From positions 744,001-808,000 of the forward strand of contig ML978127.1 in assembly GCA_010015805.1 (NCBI GenBank): a stretch of DNA of 64,000 nt, read 5' to 3'. Shown here piece after piece: positions 60,767-64,000 of this stretch (the stretch's first letter is position 1; every line of letters begins with the position of its first letter). Position numbers and translations under genes: made by a program. This DNA is from Rhizodiscina lignyota. Taxonomy: Eukaryota. The notes below the pieces were generated by a model that saw nothing but the letters and a program-made list of their open reading frames with translations, was not told the DNA's origin and searched no databases.

Positions 60767-63342
60767 TTACCGTTTACTTCTCCTGAAAATGCTCCTAAAG
60801 CGCTGCTGGTGATCATTGCTAGACGCTTCCGAAGATGATCGGTGACCTCTGTCAGGCTCAATTTGCGAATTTGAGTGACCTGAAATGACACTGTCTCGTC
60901 GCCCAGAATCGAATGCATATTGCTTGAATGCTGGATACTGTGCAAATCGCTTCGGGAGGTGATCACGCACGATCTGAACGTCTGCTCCGCTTTCCAGCAA
61001 GAGTTTGACAAGTCGCCCTCTTTGCTTGGTGTATGGTCCATCAGCAGCAAAGTATAGCGCCGACACAATGTCTTGCTCGCCTCCTGCAGTGACATTCACC
61101 TCTGCTCCATTTTCAATGAGCGCTCTGGTCATTTCTAGATGTCTAGGCTCGCTTCGGTTTGGACTCTCGGTCAGTTGCATCAAAGGCGTCCGGTCGTTGA
61201 TGCAGCGAGCATTAAGGTCAAGATCGAGATTATCAGAGGACCTCCTCTCGAGGAGGATGGCTAATGCGTTAGATGCGCTGGCTTTAATAGCGTGATGTAG
61301 CAGTGTCCATCCATCTGAGTCAACAACATTCGCTTTTGCGCGGAAATCGAGAAGCAGATTTACGGATTCAGCTTTGTTATGCCTTACGGCGAGTGCCAAG
61401 GGCGTACTCGGAGAAGAAGCATCGACCTCAGCACCAGCCCTCAGCAAAGCCCTAGCAGCCTGTAGATTGTCATACCGGATAGCGAGATGAAGAGCGGTAT
61501 CGTTCGTAGATTCTCTTGCGAGGTTGAGATCAGCGCCTTTCTCTGCCAATTTGAGAATCACTTTGGCACAATCGTCGCAACTTCCATCGTGCCGGCACTC
61601 CGCAGCATACATTAAGGCTGTCCGTCCCTTTGCGTCGTGCTCATCGATATCGACATCGGAATCCAATAGCTCTTGGAACTTCTCTGGGAGGTTGCACACA
61701 ACTGAGTCGATTAGTGGTGTGCGGTCTTGATCGTCTGTTCGAGATACTGATTCTGCCTCCAAAGTATGCTCATGTTGAGAACTTTGGGAAGAAATCCCGT
61801 CGGTACTATTCCGCGTTGAGTCTGAATGTTTGCGTAGGTTGAATTGCCTTCGCCATTCGCTAGCCTCCGTCATGTCTCCTTTGTCCTCGAAAATGTCGAC
61901 AATCAGGCCAACACATTCAAGTAGATCTGGATGGTCTTTGCCTATCACTCCACTCTTATAGAGCTGCCAGTACCGCGAGAAACTCTTTTCGACGAAGCCA
62001 TCTGCACGGGCTAAGTCTCCATCTATGGCTTCGTCGCGGTCATGATTTTTGAGCTTGACGTGCTTTGTGTACCAGATTTTCGCGAGCAGAAAATACAGTC
62101 CTGCCTGTTCGATGGATTCATCGGAGGTGAAGAGTGGCTGTATCCATTGCGCTGCTTCAGCAAAGCGCTCTTGCATCATGTATATGTCCGCGACACGCTT
62201 GCGTAGATGGAATCGCTCAATGAAAGGTCGGTCGCCGCGCTGTTCTAACCTCTCGCCATATATGATAGCTTTAACAACGTTTGGTTCGGTAGCCGAAAGA
62301 TTGCCATCATCGAAATCTGTCTCACTCCGTTCGATACAAGCTCGCAATGACCATTCCAATGCCTCGGAAGGATAGTCCTCGCTCCCATTCGTACGACTCC
62401 TAATTCGCGAGTGTCCAGCCAGATCATTCATTGCGACTGCCGAATATGAATCGAGATTCTCCTCCAGAATCCTGCTTCTTTCTTCATGTTGTTCGACCCC
62501 GCTCTGTACGTCATCTACAGTAGAGAGGCCGTTCGATATCGATCCGGCTTCTAGAGACGACGTCGAGCCACTGCATGAGTAGACCTGTTCCGCAAACTCA
62601 ATGCATCTCTTTAAGGACTGTAGGCCGAGAAGCTCTGGGTCGGCGGCCAACTGGGCGTCATGAGTACTTAAATTCTTCTTGCTCAGGCCTGGCGATGTGT
62701 TCCCCTGTTGCAAAGTTGTTCCGAGTCTCTGTTTTGACTGAAGATGTTGTTGATCTGGATAGTCTCGCCAGCATGAAATAGCCTCCGCTTTCGTCAGCTC
62801 CAGGCGCTTCATTCTCTCCTGAAGATGTTCATTGTCAAGGAATCCAAGCAAATCAAGCGATGTCTGCATAGAAAGAATGTTCATCTGCAGCGACCTTTCA
62901 AGTTTCTGAATCGATCTGGCGGATAAGGTATATCGAACACTCTTGGCCACCTTAGATGTAAACTGGATCGGCTCTCCATTCCCTAGCCCTAGGCATTTAC
63001 GGGCCAGGTCCTTGGTTCCCTTTCGGCATGTTTCGCAGACGTCATTAGTGCTTTCCAAGACTCGAGCTTCAAAGGGTGTTATGCCATTCGGTCCTTGAGA
63101 CTCTGCTCGTCGCTGTAGAAGCTGTTTAACGTTCTCAAGGAGAATTGCCAAACTCTTTGACGTGTTGAAAAGAGTTTCCGCCTCTTTTGGTGCGTCTTTA
63201 ATCTCCTTAACTTTTTCGAAAGTCTCCCACAGTTCCTTCGCTGGCCGGTGTTAATGTCCAGAGCTCCAATGAAGCGATCGAGAAAGCACTTACTAATGCT
63301 GAATGCGGCGGAAACCGTCTGAAGTGCAGACACCGGATCCAT
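60767..63342 (-). CDS. Ankyrin-repeat protein with N-terminal HeLo-like domain and central TPR-like helical region (intron 63241-63293)
   Basis: The spliced N-terminus reads MDPVSALQTVSAAFSI|TKELWETFEKVKEIKDAPKEAETL. C-terminal ankyrin repeats include GRTALMYAA, DTALHLAI, TPLALAV, GWTLLHHAI and SALYFAA. Confidence 0.85.
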
Positions 63343-64000
63343 AGGGGAGAGTCGTCAAGGTATCATAGGAAGGATCTTGTAGACATCTCAAGGCTCACTC
63401 TAAGCACTACACTGTGCTATATTCATTAGCATGACAAATTTCAGCCCAGATTTCAGCCACATTCATAACTACGCGTCTTCGACACCCGGTTTGCAGTACC
63501 ACGGGAGTAGTGCCAGACGAGACGAGACGGAGAAGGGGGGAGCAGCGCATAGATGTCGGTTGATCATGCCATCTGATCGCTGCACCGCCACAAATGACCG
63601 CACCGGATTCTTGGAAAGCGATACCCAGAACCATTCTCCGCCGTTGGTGATTGATGGCATATGCAGTGTCCCATGGGGTGGCAATATCGAGATTTGAGCA
63701 ACCAATGAAAGTAAGGCTTGGCATGGAGGATTTAGGATAGCGTCAACCCTTTTGTCGATCTCCAGCTCTGCTTCCTTCTATCACCACAAGGCTGATGACG
63801 GGTCGAGCAATGCTGATGATTCGCCTAAAGGATGGCCAAGGCAGACTCACGTCCTACTGTAATATGCAAGCCACATTCTCCGCTTTACGCCCGACAGAAT
63901 ATCCTAGAGACTTACGTCATTATTCGATCCTCCTTGCGTGGCCTGTCGTTGCTTTTCCATACCCAGAGCGTGGATTTTGCTTTCAGCATGCAGGTCTCCA

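Noticed and set aside
63079..63342. Apparent frameshift at the start of the ankyrin gene
   Set aside because: Explained by a canonical GTAAGT..CAG intron at 63241-63293.
1..64000. Secondary-metabolite cluster, Starship captain, intact transposase or CRISPR array
   Set aside because: No PKS, NRPS or terpene synthase, tyrosine recombinase, transposase, reverse transcriptase or spaced repeat array is visible.

Overview
This is a gene-dense, intron-containing stretch of a filamentous ascomycete (Pezizomycotina) genome. The evidence is short GT-AG introns with CTRAC-type branch sites, a Zn2Cys6 factor and a dispersed 5S rRNA gene. About 24 protein-coding genes can be built by hand. Housekeeping genes: 2-methylcitrate dehydratase, ADE4, SRP receptor alpha, YIF1, lysyl-tRNA synthetase, SGF11, capping protein alpha and an Mpv17/PMP22 protein. 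Regulators: an SREBP-type bHLH and an Acr-2-like Zn2Cys6 factor. Others: an MFS sugar porter, a Cys-type GST, an EutQ-like cupin, an EthD protein and several poorly characterised fungal families. The most unusual item is an intronless SAM-dependent methyltransferase of the actinobacterial Methyltransf_19/DUF574 type (candidate bacterium-to-fungus transfer). It is followed on the same strand by a tightly spaced small ORF and a transposon-end-like repeat patch. Also notable are a HeLo-like/helical-repeat/ankyrin NLR-like protein with no nucleotide-binding domain, an unannotated type-II membrane protein with beta-mannosyltransferase-like motifs, and three Gcn4/CpcA sites around the lysyl-tRNA synthetase start. 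All family assignments come from motif recognition by eye; no database searches were run.
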